Made by a program: the position numbers and the translations under genes. From Chromatiales bacterium (GTDB lineage Bacteria > Pseudomonadota > Gammaproteobacteria > SZUA-140), in contig JBJHCZ010000011.1 in NCBI GenBank assembly GCA_050486285.1, forward strand, positions 737-64,736: 64,000 nucleotides of DNA. Reading direction: 5' to 3'. Below the pieces are notes generated by a model. It saw nothing but the letters and a program-made list of their open reading frames with translations, had not been told where the DNA came from and did no database searches. This document shows positions 49,457 to 64,000 of this stretch, in pieces (position 1 is the first letter of the stretch; every line of letters starts with the position of its first letter).

Positions 49457-50893
49457 ATGCCGACCGTATACTCCAGGGACCCCCGCGCCGAAAGGTCGCT
49501 GCGACACTCGATCCGGGACGGAGTGTCGTGGTCGGTGATGATCGGCAGCGGCGAGAGCTACTTCTCGGCCTTCGCGATCTACCTGAAGGCGACGACTGCC
49601 CAGATCGGCATCCTCGCCACCCTGCCGCCGCTGATCGCGTCGTTCGCCCAGTTGCTGTCGTCGTGGCTCGGGCGCCTGAGCGGCCGGCGCAAGGGTATCA
49701 TCGTGTGCGGCGCCGCCCTGCAGGCCGTGACCCTGATCCCGCTCGCGCTGCTGCCGATCCTGTTCCCGGATCATGCGATCCCGATCCTGATCGGCTGCGC
49801 GATCGTCTACTTCGCCGGCGCGAACCTCGCCGCGCCGCAATGGGGCAGCCTGATGGGCGACCTCGTCCCGGAACGGCGCCGCGGACGCTATTTCGGCCAC
49901 CGGACCCGGCTGTGCAGCATCACCTCGTTCCTCGCGCTGGTGTTCGCCGGCGTCACCCTCGACCTGTTCGACCGCAACGGCTGGACCATCGCCGGCTACC
50001 TGACGATCCTGTTCGTCGCCGCCACCGCGCGGATGGTCTCGGTCTGGCACCTGTCGCGCATGTACGACCCGCCCGGCCATGTCGCGGCGCTCGAATCGCC
50101 GTTCCGGGCCGGTATCCGCGAACGCCTGCGCGGCTCGCCGTTCGTCCGCTTCTCGATCTTTTTCGCGGTGATGCAGTTCGCGGTCCACATCGCCGCGCCG
50201 TTCTTCGTGCTGTACATGCTGCGCGACCTCGGCCTCAGCTATCTCGAGTTCACGATCCTGAGCGCGACCTCGGTGCTGGTGCAGTTCCTGACGCTGAACC
50301 GTTGGGGCCGGCTCAGCGACGTATTCGGCAACCGCTTCATCCTCGTCGTCACCGGGCTGACGATCCCGATCCTGCCGGCGTTGTGGCTGGTGTCGACGAA
50401 CTATGTCTGGCTGCTGCTGGTACAGGCCCTGAGCGGGCTGGCGTGGGCGGGGTTCTCGCTGAGCGCGGGCAACTATCTGTACGACCTGATCCCGGGCGCA
50501 AAGCGCGCGACGCTGATGGCCTTCCATAACGTGCTGGCGAGCGTCGGGATTTTCTGCGGCGCGCTGCTCGGCGGCTGGCTGGGCACCCACCTGCCGACGG
50601 AGATCACGCTGTTCGGAGAGACCTACGAATGGTTCAGCGCGCTATACGGGGTGTTTCTCGCATCGACGCTCGCGCGCTTCGCGGTCGCGGCACTGTTCCT
50701 GCCGCGGCTGCGGGAGATGCGCGCGGTCAGGCCGGTCAGCGTCGGCGACCTGATCTTCCGGGTCAGTCGCTTCCACCCGCTGTCCGGGCTGAACTTCGAC
50801 ATCGTCGGTTCGCGCCGGCGCAAGACGGCGCGCAGGACCGCCGGCCATGACGACGACGTGCCGCCGGCCTCGACCGGCGGCGGGGGAGGCCCC

Positions 50894-50911
<18 letters not shown>
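49457..50911 (+). CDS. MFS transporter
   Basis: 12-TM profile and MFS loop motifs (..GRLSGRRKG..). 484 aa. The C-terminal tail overlaps the 3' end of typA (convergent). Confidence 0.7.
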
Positions 50912-52711
<1,800 letters not shown>

Positions 52712-52740
52712 GTCCTTTCACCGTAGCGGAACGGGCGGGA

Positions 52741-54090
<1,350 letters not shown>

Positions 54091-54276
54091 TGTTCTCCTG
54101 GTTGGCCTGGTCGATGCGCATTGCGCAGGACCGGTCTCGTCCAGGCGATATGATTAAAGGGTGATGATTCGAGGCAGGCCGGAAGGGGTTACCGCGAAGG
54201 TCCGCGCAGAAGACCGGTCTGCGGCAGGACACGGGCGGTATTGTAGCAGAAACCGGGCGAATGCAAAGGAATTTAT

Positions 54277-54450
54277 TGAATCATTCATGAATCTCCAGTT
54301 GCAGTGGCTGGATCCCGGGCAGTCTGGCCCTCCCGGGACCGCCATAAACCCATCCCTGGGGGCTGCCGGCGAGACATCCTGTCTCGCAGGCTCCCGGGAG
54401 GGCCAGACTGCCCGGGATCTGTGGGTGTCGTGCGTGATTCATGAATGATG
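54277..54450. repeat. Nested-palindrome element copy 2 (same architecture and core as 49209-49417)
   Basis: Outer arms TGAATCATTCATGAATC / GATTCATGAATGATG, 16-17-nt spacers, middle arms GATCCCGGGCAGTCTGGCCCTCCCGGGA / reverse complement, and the conserved core hairpin. Confidence 0.6.
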
Positions 54451-54456
54451 CTGATA

Positions 54457-54876
54457 TCAATCGTCACCATTAACCCGGCCGCGCAGACGCTTCCTTTGAC
54501 CCTGCCGGGTCTTTTTGTCGAGGCGGCGTTGGCGAGCGGCGGAGCCGGGGCGGGTCGGGATGCGCGCCTTGCGCACGGCGGCGACTGCCTGGATCAGTTC
54601 GCGCAGGCGGTCGAGCGCGGCCTCGCGGTTGCGCTCCTGGCTGCGGTGCTGCTGCGCCTTGATGACGATGACGCCGTCCGCGGTGATGCGGCGGTCGGAC
54701 TGTTTCAGCAGGCGCTGCTTGTAGAACTCCGGCAGCGACGAGGCGGCGATGTCGAAGCGCAGGTGGATCGCGCTCGCGACCTTGTTGACGTTCTGGCCGC
54801 CGGCGCCCTGCGCGCGGATCGCGCTGAGCTCGATCTCGTCGTCGGGGATCGCGACGGCGCGGGAGATGCGCAGCAT
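54457..54876 (-). CDS. arfB: Alternative ribosome-rescue factor B (peptidyl-tRNA hydrolase, YaeJ-like)
   Basis: 139 aa with a GGQ motif ([10 protein letters not shown]) and a basic C-terminal tail ([23 protein letters not shown]). Only this frame of track ORF 54457-55353 is supported. Confidence 0.75.
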   Translation of the reverse strand: MLRISRAVAIPDDEIELSAIRAQGAGGQNVNKVASAIHLRFDIAASSLPEFYKQRLLKQSDRRITADGVIVIKAQQHRSQERNREAALDRLRELIQAVAAVRKARIPTRPGSAARQRRLDKKTRQGQRKRLRGRVNGDD

Positions 54877-54877
54877 G

Positions 54878-55768
54878 TCAGGCCGGCGGCGCGACGATCG
54901 CCGCTTCGAAGGGATGACGACGGGTGACGAGGCCGCTGTACGCGAACACGTCGAGGAGGTGTTCGTAATCCGCGCGCGGGATCGCCGGATCGCGGCCCCA
55001 GCAGCCGAGGCGCTGGTAGGCCGAGACGGTCGCCGCGAGTACCGCGGGCTCGATCGACGAGAACCAGCCGGCCTCGCGAAGCAGCACGGCGATCTCCTGC
55101 GGATCGCCGTCGCGCGCCTGCGCGAGTCCGCGGCGATAGGCGCGCATGAAGGCCCGCGCGGCGTCGGTCGCCAGCCAGTCGCGGCGCGCGCACAGGCTGC
55201 TGAACGCGACCGGTCCGATCGCATCGCCGAGCGCGGCGACGACATGGCCGACGCCGTCGCGCTCGAGTTGCTGCGGCGCCGGCCCCTGCAGGTGGACGTA
55301 GTCGCCATGGCCCTCGCGAAACGCGCGCTCGATCGCATCGACGTCGCCGGCATTGACCGCGTCGATGTCGTCGAGCGCGAGTCCGGCGCGATGCAGCGCG
55401 TAGCGGAACATCGCCAGCGGCTGGAAGAAGTGATCGACGAGGACGCGGCGGCCGCGCAACTTTTCCCAGCGAAAGTCCGGGTCCGCCTGGCGACCGACGA
55501 GGAAGAAGCCGTCCCGGCCGTTGATCTGCGCGAAATGCACGATGTCTATCGACTCATCGCGCTCGAGCGCCGCGAAACTCGTCGCGACCGCGGATTGCGC
55601 GACGTCGCAACTGCCGGCGGCGATACTGCCGGGCACGCTACGTTCCGGCGTCGCGACTGCGTAGCCGGGCTCGAGGCCTTCGGCGCGCAGATGCCCGCCC
55701 GCGATCGTCAGCAGCAGCGGACTGTAGAATGCCGAGTGGCGCAAGGCCATGATGTTGATGCGGTCCAT
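54878..55768 (-). CDS. NMT1/THI5-like (SsuA-type substrate-binding-fold) cytoplasmic protein
   Basis: ..[28 protein letters not shown].. pattern without a signal peptide. 296 aa. Ends 1 nt before the arfB start. Confidence 0.45.
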   Translation of the reverse strand: MDRINIMALRHSAFYSPLLLTIAGGHLRAEGLEPGYAVATPERSVPGSIAAGSCDVAQSAVATSFAALERDESIDIVHFAQINGRDGFFLVGRQADPDFRWEKLRGRRVLVDHFFQPLAMFRYALHRAGLALDDIDAVNAGDVDAIERAFREGHGDYVHLQGPAPQQLERDGVGHVVAALGDAIGPVAFSSLCARRDWLATDAARAFMRAYRRGLAQARDGDPQEIAVLLREAGWFSSIEPAVLAATVSAYQRLGCWGRDPAIPRADYEHLLDVFAYSGLVTRRHPFEAAIVAPPA

Positions 55769-55924
55769 CCGTGCAATCTCCCGGGATCCATGCGGCGATC
55801 ATCCACGCAAGTCATTGATATAAGATATCAATCAATAACCTGCGGCGGCGCGCGCCCTGATTCCTTCATAACGGGATCGCGCGCCGGTGGCAACTAAATC
55901 GGCCGTTCAGCGTCTAAGGATAGT

Positions 55925-56506
55925 ATGAAGGACGGAGGGATACGACTGGGTCTGCTCCTGCTCGGCATGAGTGTGCTGGGCGCGTGCAGTATCGTCCCGA
56001 AGGAATTGCGCCAGGCGCCTAAGGACAATCCGGTGCTGGCAGAGGTGCGAGCCGACGCCGAACGGTATATCGGTCGCGAGGTCCGCTGGGGCGGCACGAT
56101 CCTCGAGGTCGACAACGACCAGATCGAGACCCGGGTCGAGATCGTCGCCCGCGACCTGCTGCGCAGCGGGCGACCCGTCCTTGCCGATCGCAGCCAGGGG
56201 CGTTTCATCGCGGTCTTCGACGGCTTCGTCGATCCGGCCGTCTATGCCAAAGGCCGCGACATCACGATCGGCGGCGTCATTGCCGGCATCGAGCCCGGCA
56301 AGATCGGCGAACACGACTATACCTGGCCGGTGATTCGCGTCCATCACCATTTCCTGTGGCCTCCGTACAGCGATCCACGCCGCGATTATCCCCCGCGTTA
56401 TTATTATCACTACGACCCGTGGTACCCTTATTTTTATCCCCGTTCGCCGCGGCCGGTGATCATTCACCCGCCGCGAACGGAACGGCCACCGACGCTGACA
56501 CGATGA
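55925..56506 (+). CDS. Slp-family outer-membrane lipoprotein with a Tyr/Pro-rich C-terminal tail
   Basis: Lipobox LLGAC and Slp core (..VRWGGTILEVDN..). Unusual C-terminus: WPPYSDPRRDYPPRYYYHYDPWYPYFYPRSPRP. Confidence 0.65.
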   Translation: MKDGGIRLGLLLLGMSVLGACSIVPKELRQAPKDNPVLAEVRADAERYIGREVRWGGTILEVDNDQIETRVEIVARDLLRSGRPVLADRSQGRFIAVFDGFVDPAVYAKGRDITIGGVIAGIEPGKIGEHDYTWPVIRVHHHFLWPPYSDPRRDYPPRYYYHYDPWYPYFYPRSPRPVIIHPPRTERPPTLTR

Positions 56507-57018
56507 ACCGCCCGTCACCGACATTCGTATCGAAGCTGATCCTGCCGCTGGTGCTGGCCGGCCTGCTCGCGGCCTGCGCGACCGGCCCCCGTTTCGACAC
56601 CCGCGCCTACAGCCAGTCGCCGACGCCGGCCGAGGCCGCCGTCGATGCCGCATTGTGGCAGGGCGACCGGGTGCTGTGGGGCGGCATGATCCTGAACAGC
56701 GTGAATCAGGAGGACGGCACCGAGATCGAGGTACTCGCCTATCCGCTCGCGAGCGGACAGCGGCCCGATACGTCGCGACAGCCGATCGGCCGCTTCATCG
56801 TCCACGAAGGCCGCTATCTCGAAACCGTCGACTACGCGCAGGGACGCCTCGTCACCGTCGCCGGTCCCTTCACATCGACGCGCGACGGCCGCGTCGGCGA
56901 TGCCCGCTTCACCTGGCCGCTGGTCGAGGCCGACGGCCTCCATCTGTGGCCGCGGGACGGCGGCGCGCGCCGCGATCCGCAATTCAGCATCGGCGTCGGC
57001 GTCCTGCTGGGACGCTGA
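56503..57018 (+). CDS. Slp-family outer-membrane lipoprotein (second tandem paralogue)
   Basis: Lipobox LLAACA and Slp core (..VLWGGMILNSVN..). Start overlaps the stop of the preceding slp. Confidence 0.65.
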   Translation: MNRPSPTFVSKLILPLVLAGLLAACATGPRFDTRAYSQSPTPAEAAVDAALWQGDRVLWGGMILNSVNQEDGTEIEVLAYPLASGQRPDTSRQPIGRFIVHEGRYLETVDYAQGRLVTVAGPFTSTRDGRVGDARFTWPLVEADGLHLWPRDGGARRDPQFSIGVGVLLGR

Positions 57019-57144
57019 ACCCGGGCCTCCGCCGTGGCTGCGACCACCTGACGCAGGCTGCGGGGTGGAAAGGCCCGATCGGCTGCGTCACAATGTCATG
57101 GCGATTATTCCTACTTCCGCCGACATTTCTGCAAGGAGACCCGC

Positions 57145-57510
57145 ATGTCCCCGAGAACCGCTTCGTTCATCCTCATCGCCGGCCTCGCGCTCGCCGCCTG
57201 GCCGCTGACGGCCCTGTCCCACGTCCACCTCGACCGCTCGGAACCGGCCAAGGACGCCGTGGTCGGCGAGGCACCCAAGGCCGTCAAGCTGTGGTTTTCC
57301 GGCCGCATCGAGCCCGACTTCAGCCAGATCACCGTAACCGCCGCCGACGGCACCCAGGTCGATAAGGGCGATTCGAGCGCGAGCAGCAACCGCCGTGAGC
57401 TCAGCGTCACCCTCGACGACCTCGGCCCCGGCAAGTACCAGGTCAACTGGAACGTCGTCGCGCGCGACGGGCACCGGATCCGCGGCGACTTCAGCTTCAC
57501 CGTCGAATAG
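57145..57510 (+). CDS. copC: Copper resistance protein CopC (periplasmic copper chaperone)
   Basis: Signal peptide, then HVHLDRSEPAKDA (His at +1 of the mature protein) and a 121-aa cupredoxin-like beta sandwich. Confidence 0.85.
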   Translation: MSPRTASFILIAGLALAAWPLTALSHVHLDRSEPAKDAVVGEAPKAVKLWFSGRIEPDFSQITVTAADGTQVDKGDSSASSNRRELSVTLDDLGPGKYQVNWNVVARDGHRIRGDFSFTVE

Positions 57511-57516
57511 GACCGC

Positions 57517-58515
57517 TTGAGCGCCGACCCGACAGCGACCGTCATTGCCGTCCTCGACCGGGCGGCGCTCGCTGTGTTGATCGGTTTGTGCGCATCGTGG
57601 CTCTATCTCGCGACCCGCCGCACCGCCGACACCTTCGACGAGGCGCCGGGGGTCGGCCTGCTGCTCGGCCTGTCCCTGCTGACGCTCGCCCTCACCAGCA
57701 GCGCCGACCTCGTCGTGCGCGCGGCGACGCTGGCCGATGTCGGCCTGACCGAGGCCTTCGGCTTCGTACCGAGGGTCCTGACCGGCAGCGCCTATGGTGA
57801 ATCCTGGCTGTTGCGCAGCGCGGCGCTGATCGTCATCGCCGCGCTGTGGTGGTGGCGCCGCCGGCCTCCGCTCGCGGGCATGCGCGGGCTCGCCGCTGCC
57901 GGCGCACTGCTGATTGCGTTTGCGATCAGCAGCAGCGGGCACGCCGCCGAGGATGGCAGCCTGACGCCGCTGAACTTCATCAATACGCTGCATATCGTCG
58001 CGGGCTGTGTCTGGGGCGGCACCGTCGTCGTCTATGCGCTGACGGTGCTGCCGCAACTGCGTCGCCGGCATGCCGCCGCGGAGATCGCCGAGACCGCGGT
58101 GCGGCTGTCGACCCTCGCCGGCGCCGCCCTCGCGGTCGTGCTCGCGACCGGGCTCTGGCATGCCTGGGTACAGATTGAAACCCTGCGGGGACTGTTTGCG
58201 ACCGAATATGGCTGGATCCTGCTCCTGAAACTTTCCTTTGTTGCGATCATGATGGGCATCGGCGCCTTGAACCGCTTCTTCGTCGTGCCCTCGATCGAGG
58301 CCTGGGCGCAACCGCCGCGACTGTCGGAGCATGCCGATGGCCCGCCGCAGTTGTTCCTGACCCGGCTGCGCATCGACGTCGCGATCTTCGCGGCGATCCT
58401 CGCCTGCGCCGCGACGCTCGGCAACACGACCCCGGCCCGGCATGCGCTCGACGAGGCGGCGGGCCTCGCACCGGTCCCGGCGCAGGCCGTCGGCGCCGAT
58501 CGGGCAGAGGCCTGA
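57517..58515 (+). CDS. copD: Copper resistance protein CopD (inner-membrane copper transporter)
   Basis: 8-TM protein immediately downstream of copC with conserved His in TM helices. Confidence 0.8.
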   Translation: MSADPTATVIAVLDRAALAVLIGLCASWLYLATRRTADTFDEAPGVGLLLGLSLLTLALTSSADLVVRAATLADVGLTEAFGFVPRVLTGSAYGESWLLRSAALIVIAALWWWRRRPPLAGMRGLAAAGALLIAFAISSSGHAAEDGSLTPLNFINTLHIVAGCVWGGTVVVYALTVLPQLRRRHAAAEIAETAVRLSTLAGAALAVVLATGLWHAWVQIETLRGLFATEYGWILLLKLSFVAIMMGIGALNRFFVVPSIEAWAQPPRLSEHADGPPQLFLTRLRIDVAIFAAILACAATLGNTTPARHALDEAAGLAPVPAQAVGADRAEA

Positions 58516-58517
58516 CC

Positions 58518-59630
58518 ATGCGCGGACCCGCCTTCTTCGGCATGATGCTGCTGCTCCTGATCGCGACGGCTTACTGGCTCGACAGCGTCAGCGCGGACGA
58601 CGGCGGCGCCCGCGAACTCCACGGCGCGACCTTCGCCGGCGGCTGCTTCTGGTGCGTCGAGGCCGATTTCGACAAGGTGCCGGGCGTCATCGAGACGATC
58701 TCCGGCTATATGGGCGGGCTCGCCGCGAACCCGACCTACGACCAGGTCTCGAGCGGGCTCGGCGGTCACCTCGAGGTCGTGCGCGTGCGCTACGATCCGC
58801 AGGTCGTCAGTTACGAAGGCCTGCTCGCGGCCTTCTGGCGCATGATCGATCCGACCGATGCCGGCGGTCAGTTCGTCGATCGCGGCCCGCAATATGCGAG
58901 CGCGATCTTCTATCACGACGAAACCCAGCGCGCGCTCGCCGAGCGCTCGCGCGACGCGCTGGCCGCGAGCGGTCGCTTCGAGGCCCCGATCGTCACCGCG
59001 ATACGCCCGGCGGAGACCTTCTGGCGTGCCGAGGACTATCACCAGGACTTCCATAACCGCAGCAAGGTCCGCTACACCTTCTACCGCCACCGCTCCGGAC
59101 GCGACCAGTACCTGAAAAAGACCTGGGGCACGGACCTCGCGGTCGATGTCGCCCGCTATGCGGCCGGCGAGACCCGCCGCTGGCAACGACCGCCGGACTC
59201 CGAGCTGCGCCGGAGTCTGACGCCGTTGCAGTTCGAGGTGACCCAGCGTCACGGCACGGAACCGCCGTGGGAAAACGAGTACTGGGACGAGAAACGCGAC
59301 GGCATCTACGTCGACATCGTCAGCGGGGAACCGCTGTTCTCGTCGATCGACAAGTACGATTCCGGGACCGGCTGGCCGAGCTTCACCCGCCCGCTCGAAG
59401 CGGACCATATCGTCAGGCGGCTCGACTTCCGCGCGATCCTGCCCCGCACGGAGGTGCGCAGCCGCCATGCCGATTCTCACCTCGGCCACGTCTTCCGGGA
59501 CGGCCCGGCGCCGACCGGCCTGCGCTATTGCATCAACTCGGCGGCGCTGCGCTTCATACCGCGCGAGGACCTCGAACGGGAGGGCTACGGCCAGTACCTG
59601 CCGCTGTTCGCCGGGCGGGAGGTCCTGTAG
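58518..59630 (+). CDS. msrAB: Bifunctional peptide methionine sulfoxide reductase MsrA/MsrB, secreted
   Basis: Signal peptide, MsrA active site GCFWCVE, then an MsrB domain with CxxC..CxxC zinc site ([11 protein letters not shown]) and HLGHVF. Confidence 0.85.
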   Translation: MRGPAFFGMMLLLLIATAYWLDSVSADDGGARELHGATFAGGCFWCVEADFDKVPGVIETISGYMGGLAANPTYDQVSSGLGGHLEVVRVRYDPQVVSYEGLLAAFWRMIDPTDAGGQFVDRGPQYASAIFYHDETQRALAERSRDALAASGRFEAPIVTAIRPAETFWRAEDYHQDFHNRSKVRYTFYRHRSGRDQYLKKTWGTDLAVDVARYAAGETRRWQRPPDSELRRSLTPLQFEVTQRHGTEPPWENEYWDEKRDGIYVDIVSGEPLFSSIDKYDSGTGWPSFTRPLEADHIVRRLDFRAILPRTEVRSRHADSHLGHVFRDGPAPTGLRYCINSAALRFIPREDLEREGYGQYLPLFAGREVL

Positions 59631-59711
59631 CGGGATGACATTGCGCGCACGACTGCATTAGAATCAGTGACAACAGGGTACCTGCCGTACTATCTGAGGA
59701 GTCAGCGCGCC

Positions 59712-60194
59712 ATGAGCAACCGACCGGACTACAAGATGATCTGCGGATCCTCGCTCGGCACCGAGCTCGAGGAGGAGGAATGCAAGGTCCTCGCCGGGGT
59801 CATGAAGGTCCAGCGCCTCGAGGACGGCGAGATGCTGGTCCGCGAGGGTGTCGATGACAACACCCTGTTCGTGCTGACCGAGGGCAAGCTCGCGGTCGTC
59901 GGCACCGTGCTCGGCCAGGAGCTGACCGTCTACACGATGAGCCCCGGCGAGGCCGCCGGCACCCGCGCCTTCGTCGATCGTACCCCGCGCAAGGCGACGC
60001 TGCGCGCGATCGGCAAGGCGACCGTTTGCACGCTCGAGCCGGAAGACTTCGAGGCCCTGCTCGAGACCCATCCGAAGATCGTCTACAAGGTCATGCGCGC
60101 GCTGTTCCGCATCACGCACACGAACCTGATGCGCATGAATCTCGAGAGCCAGGAGTTGGTCAACTACGTGTCGAAGGTCAGGGGCCGCTACTAG
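59712..60194 (+). CDS. Small cyclic-nucleotide-binding domain protein
   Basis: 160 aa with a single cNMP-binding beta-roll (..GEAAGTRAFVDRTPRKATLRA..). Confidence 0.6.
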   Translation: MSNRPDYKMICGSSLGTELEEEECKVLAGVMKVQRLEDGEMLVREGVDDNTLFVLTEGKLAVVGTVLGQELTVYTMSPGEAAGTRAFVDRTPRKATLRAIGKATVCTLEPEDFEALLETHPKIVYKVMRALFRITHTNLMRMNLESQELVNYVSKVRGRY

Positions 60195-60202
60195 CCGACT
60201 AT

Positions 60203-60275
60203 GGGGTCAGAGTCGTTTGATCGAGATTGCATCAGTCGGATTTGATGATCCCGGTGATCAAACGACTCTGACCCC
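60203..60275. repeat. REP-like palindromic element, copy C
   Basis: GGGGTCAGAGTCGTTTGATC ... GATCAAACGACTCTGACCCC, between convergent 3' ends. Confidence 0.6.
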
Positions 60276-60283
60276 CGCGATAG

Positions 60284-61381
60284 CTAGTCCGCGCGGATGA
60301 TGAGGTTCCGGCCGCCGGACATGGCCTGGTACAGGGCCTGATCGGCGCGGGCGATCAGCGTCTCGCTATCGAAGCCCGCCAGCACGCCGTCCTCCGGCGC
60401 GTTCAGCGTCGCGACCCCGATCGACGCCGTGACCCGCAGTATCTCGCCGTCACCCCCGCCGAATGCGTGCGTCTCGATCGCCGCGCGCATGCGTTCGGCG
60501 ACCTCGAGCGCCCTGTCCCGCCCGGTATGGACGAGCAAGGCCGCGAATTCCTCCCCGCCGTAGCGTGACAGCACATCGCTGCGACGCAGTTGCGCGCGGC
60601 ACAGCGCGGCGATCTCGCGCAGCACGTCGTCTCCGGTCTGGTGTCCCCGGGTGTCGTTGATGCGCTTGAAGTGATCGACATCGATCAGCAGACAGCTGAG
60701 CGGTTCGCGGCTGCGCAACGAGTGGCCGACCTCTTCGTTGAGACGCTGGTCGAAATAGCGCCGGTTATTGACCGCCGTCAGCGTGTCGGTCAGGCCGAGG
60801 CGCTTGATCCGTTCGAGGTTGATCGCGTTCTCGAGGCAGATCGCGACGACTGCGGCGAGGTGTTCGAGAAAATCGCTGCGAATGCCGCGCTCGGCGAAAC
60901 GCTCGGGCGCGAAACTGCCGATGTTGAGACTGCCGATCAGCTTGCCGTGGCGCACCAGCGGCAGCAGCGCAACGCTGGCCGGCGGCTTCGCGACCTTCGG
61001 GAACAGCAAGGCATGCGCCCTCGCCCGGTACGGCCCGAGCAGCGGGAACAGGGAGACCGGATACAGCGCGCCGAGATCCTCGCGCTCGCGCGCGAAGATC
61101 AGCCCGGGATGCGCGGCAGGGTCGATGCCCTCCTCCTCCAGCGCGCGCTGGATCTCGTATTCGGCGTCGTGCAGCCACAAGGTCACCAGATCCCAGTCGA
61201 AGGCGCGGCGATCCGGATTGACGACCGCCTCGATCAACTCGACCAGCGAGTTCAGGCCGATCAGGCGCAGCTCCCAGGACTTGAAACGGCGCATCTTGCG
61301 CTCGTTGTGCCGGGCCTGTTCGAGCAGGTCTTCCAGGCGCTGTCGCAGCAGCCTGTTTTCCGTCCGACCTTCCTCTGTCAT
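60284..61381 (-). CDS. Sensor-domain diguanylate cyclase (GAF/DUF484-like N-domain + GGDEF)
   Basis: RYGGEEF active-site motif, an I-site RxxD, and an N-terminal sensory domain. 365 aa. Confidence 0.8.
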   Translation of the reverse strand: MTEEGRTENRLLRQRLEDLLEQARHNERKMRRFKSWELRLIGLNSLVELIEAVVNPDRRAFDWDLVTLWLHDAEYEIQRALEEEGIDPAAHPGLIFAREREDLGALYPVSLFPLLGPYRARAHALLFPKVAKPPASVALLPLVRHGKLIGSLNIGSFAPERFAERGIRSDFLEHLAAVVAICLENAINLERIKRLGLTDTLTAVNNRRYFDQRLNEEVGHSLRSREPLSCLLIDVDHFKRINDTRGHQTGDDVLREIAALCRAQLRRSDVLSRYGGEEFAALLVHTGRDRALEVAERMRAAIETHAFGGGDGEILRVTASIGVATLNAPEDGVLAGFDSETLIARADQALYQAMSGGRNLIIRAD

Positions 61382-61944
61382 GCCTCCTGGATCCCGTGTC
61401 GGTGCGCGGCAAGGAAATCCGCGGTCTTTCTCGCCATCCGGGCGACCGATTCGTCGGCTTCACCGCCGATGATATCGCCGAGGGGAACCCACGCCAAATC
61501 GATCGATTCCTCGCCGGCCGCGAATAGGCTGTGACCGGCGCGGATCAGGAAACGGAAATCGTAGTGGTAATGCGCCGGCTCCGACTTGCGCGCCGGGATC
61601 AGATGGACATCGATGTCGAACAGCGCATCGCTGACCAGCGCCAGCCGATCGATGCCGCTTTCCTCAAGCGCCTCGCGCAGCGCCGCCTGCTGGATCGTGG
61701 CGTCGTCCTCGACATGGCCGCCGGGCTGCAACCAGCGATCGAGCTTGCGGTGATGCGTCAGCAGCGTCGCGTGCAGGTCCGGCGACAATACCCAGGCCGA
61801 CGCAGTGACATGCCCCTCCGGCGTTGCGCGGCTGGCGCAGGCCGGCGTGCGGCGGACGAAGGCCAGCGCATGCTCGAGGTGGCCGGTCTCGGTGCCGTCG
61901 AAAGGGTCATGTCCCTCGAGCAGTTCGATCAACTGTCGCTGCAT
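61378..61944 (-). CDS. NUDIX hydrolase
   Basis: Nudix box GGHVEDDATIQQAALREALEESGI. Start placed at MQRQLIEL. Overlaps the diguanylate-cyclase gene by 4 nt. Confidence 0.7.
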   Translation of the reverse strand: MQRQLIELLEGHDPFDGTETGHLEHALAFVRRTPACASRATPEGHVTASAWVLSPDLHATLLTHHRKLDRWLQPGGHVEDDATIQQAALREALEESGIDRLALVSDALFDIDVHLIPARKSEPAHYHYDFRFLIRAGHSLFAAGEESIDLAWVPLGDIIGGEADESVARMARKTADFLAAHRHGIQEA

Positions 61945-62355
61945 GCCAGCTCCGCCCCGGATTCGGCGAGCGCCGCCGCCAGTTTTGCGATGACTTCGCG
62001 GCGTTCCGCAGCGGCATAGGGCTGCGCGGGCAGCCTCCCCCACACCGGCGCGGGCCAGGCGGGATCGCCGCGATGGCGCACGATGTGATGCACATGGAGT
62101 TGGGGCACGATATTGCCGAGTGCTGCGATGTTGAGCTTGTCCGGGCGGAAGGCGCGCGCCAGACCCTGCGCCAGTCGCGAGGATTCGCGCATCAGCTGTT
62201 GCTGGTCCTGTTCGGCGAGTTCATGGATCTCGCGGATCGCGGCGCGATCGGGCACGAGGATGAACCACGGCCAGCGGGCGTCGTTCATCAGCCGCAGCAG
62301 GCAGAGGTCGAAGCGTCCGACCGCGATGGTATCGGCGGCGAGGCGCGGGTCGAGA

Positions 62356-62363
<8 letters not shown>
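61929..62363 (-). CDS. HIT-family (histidine triad) nucleotide hydrolase/transferase
   Basis: HVHHIVR histidine triad, 144 aa. 16-nt overlap with the NUDIX start. Confidence 0.7.

Positions 62364-64000
<1,637 letters not shown>

Noticed and set aside
54457-55353. 298-aa ORF spanning arfB and upstream sequence
   Set aside because: The N-terminal 160 residues are Ser/Arg/Ala-rich and out of frame with the NMT1-like gene. The GGQ-containing 139-aa C-terminal part alone corresponds to ArfB.

Overview
High-GC (~65%) chromosomal segment of a gammaproteobacterium-like genome. Coding is dense on both strands: about 55 protein genes and one tRNA-Arg(CCU). Functions called from the translated ORFs by conserved-motif recognition:
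- A 5'-truncated Fic gene at the window start.
- A ChrB_N-like / MFS / TauE cluster.
- hslR and a YeaD-like mutarotase.
- An MFS gene bracketed by two copies of a ~250-bp MITE-like element.
- A Zur-box-preceded operon: His-rich outer-membrane barrel, znuA, znuC, znuB, zur.
- An NhaP2-type antiporter.
- A class II aldolase/SDR fusion.
- An orphan ParA/MinD-like ATPase.
- The TCA block sucA-sucB-lpd-sucC-sucD on the minus strand.
- A TPR protein.
- The stress trio prkA-yeaH-ycgB(spoVR), with a near-consensus sigma-54 promoter.
- tamA-tamB followed by a HAD phosphatase and a flavodoxin-like NAD(P)H:quinone reductase fused to a UbiA prenyltransferase.
- A REC-PAS-GAF-GGDEF-EAL protein.
- Uup, SprT, an MscS-like channel, a two-domain PPK2, a bacterial SET-domain protein, an MFS transporter, typA, rhlE, arfB.
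- Tandem Slp lipoproteins, copCD, msrAB.
- A small cNMP-binding protein, a GGDEF cyclase, NUDIX, HIT, and a 5'-truncated ygiQ radical-SAM gene at the window end.

Three unrelated intergenic repeat families are present:
1. The MITE-like pair.
2. An ~75-nt REP-like palindrome (GGGGTCAGAGTCGTTTGATC arms) in three copies.
3. A two-copy nested-palindrome element with a conserved 55-nt hairpin core and covarying outer helices.

No CRISPR array, rRNA, integrase or transposase was seen. Many very long ORFs antisense to real genes are GC-rich frame artefacts. All coordinates derived by hand carry an uncertainty of +/- 1-3 nt.
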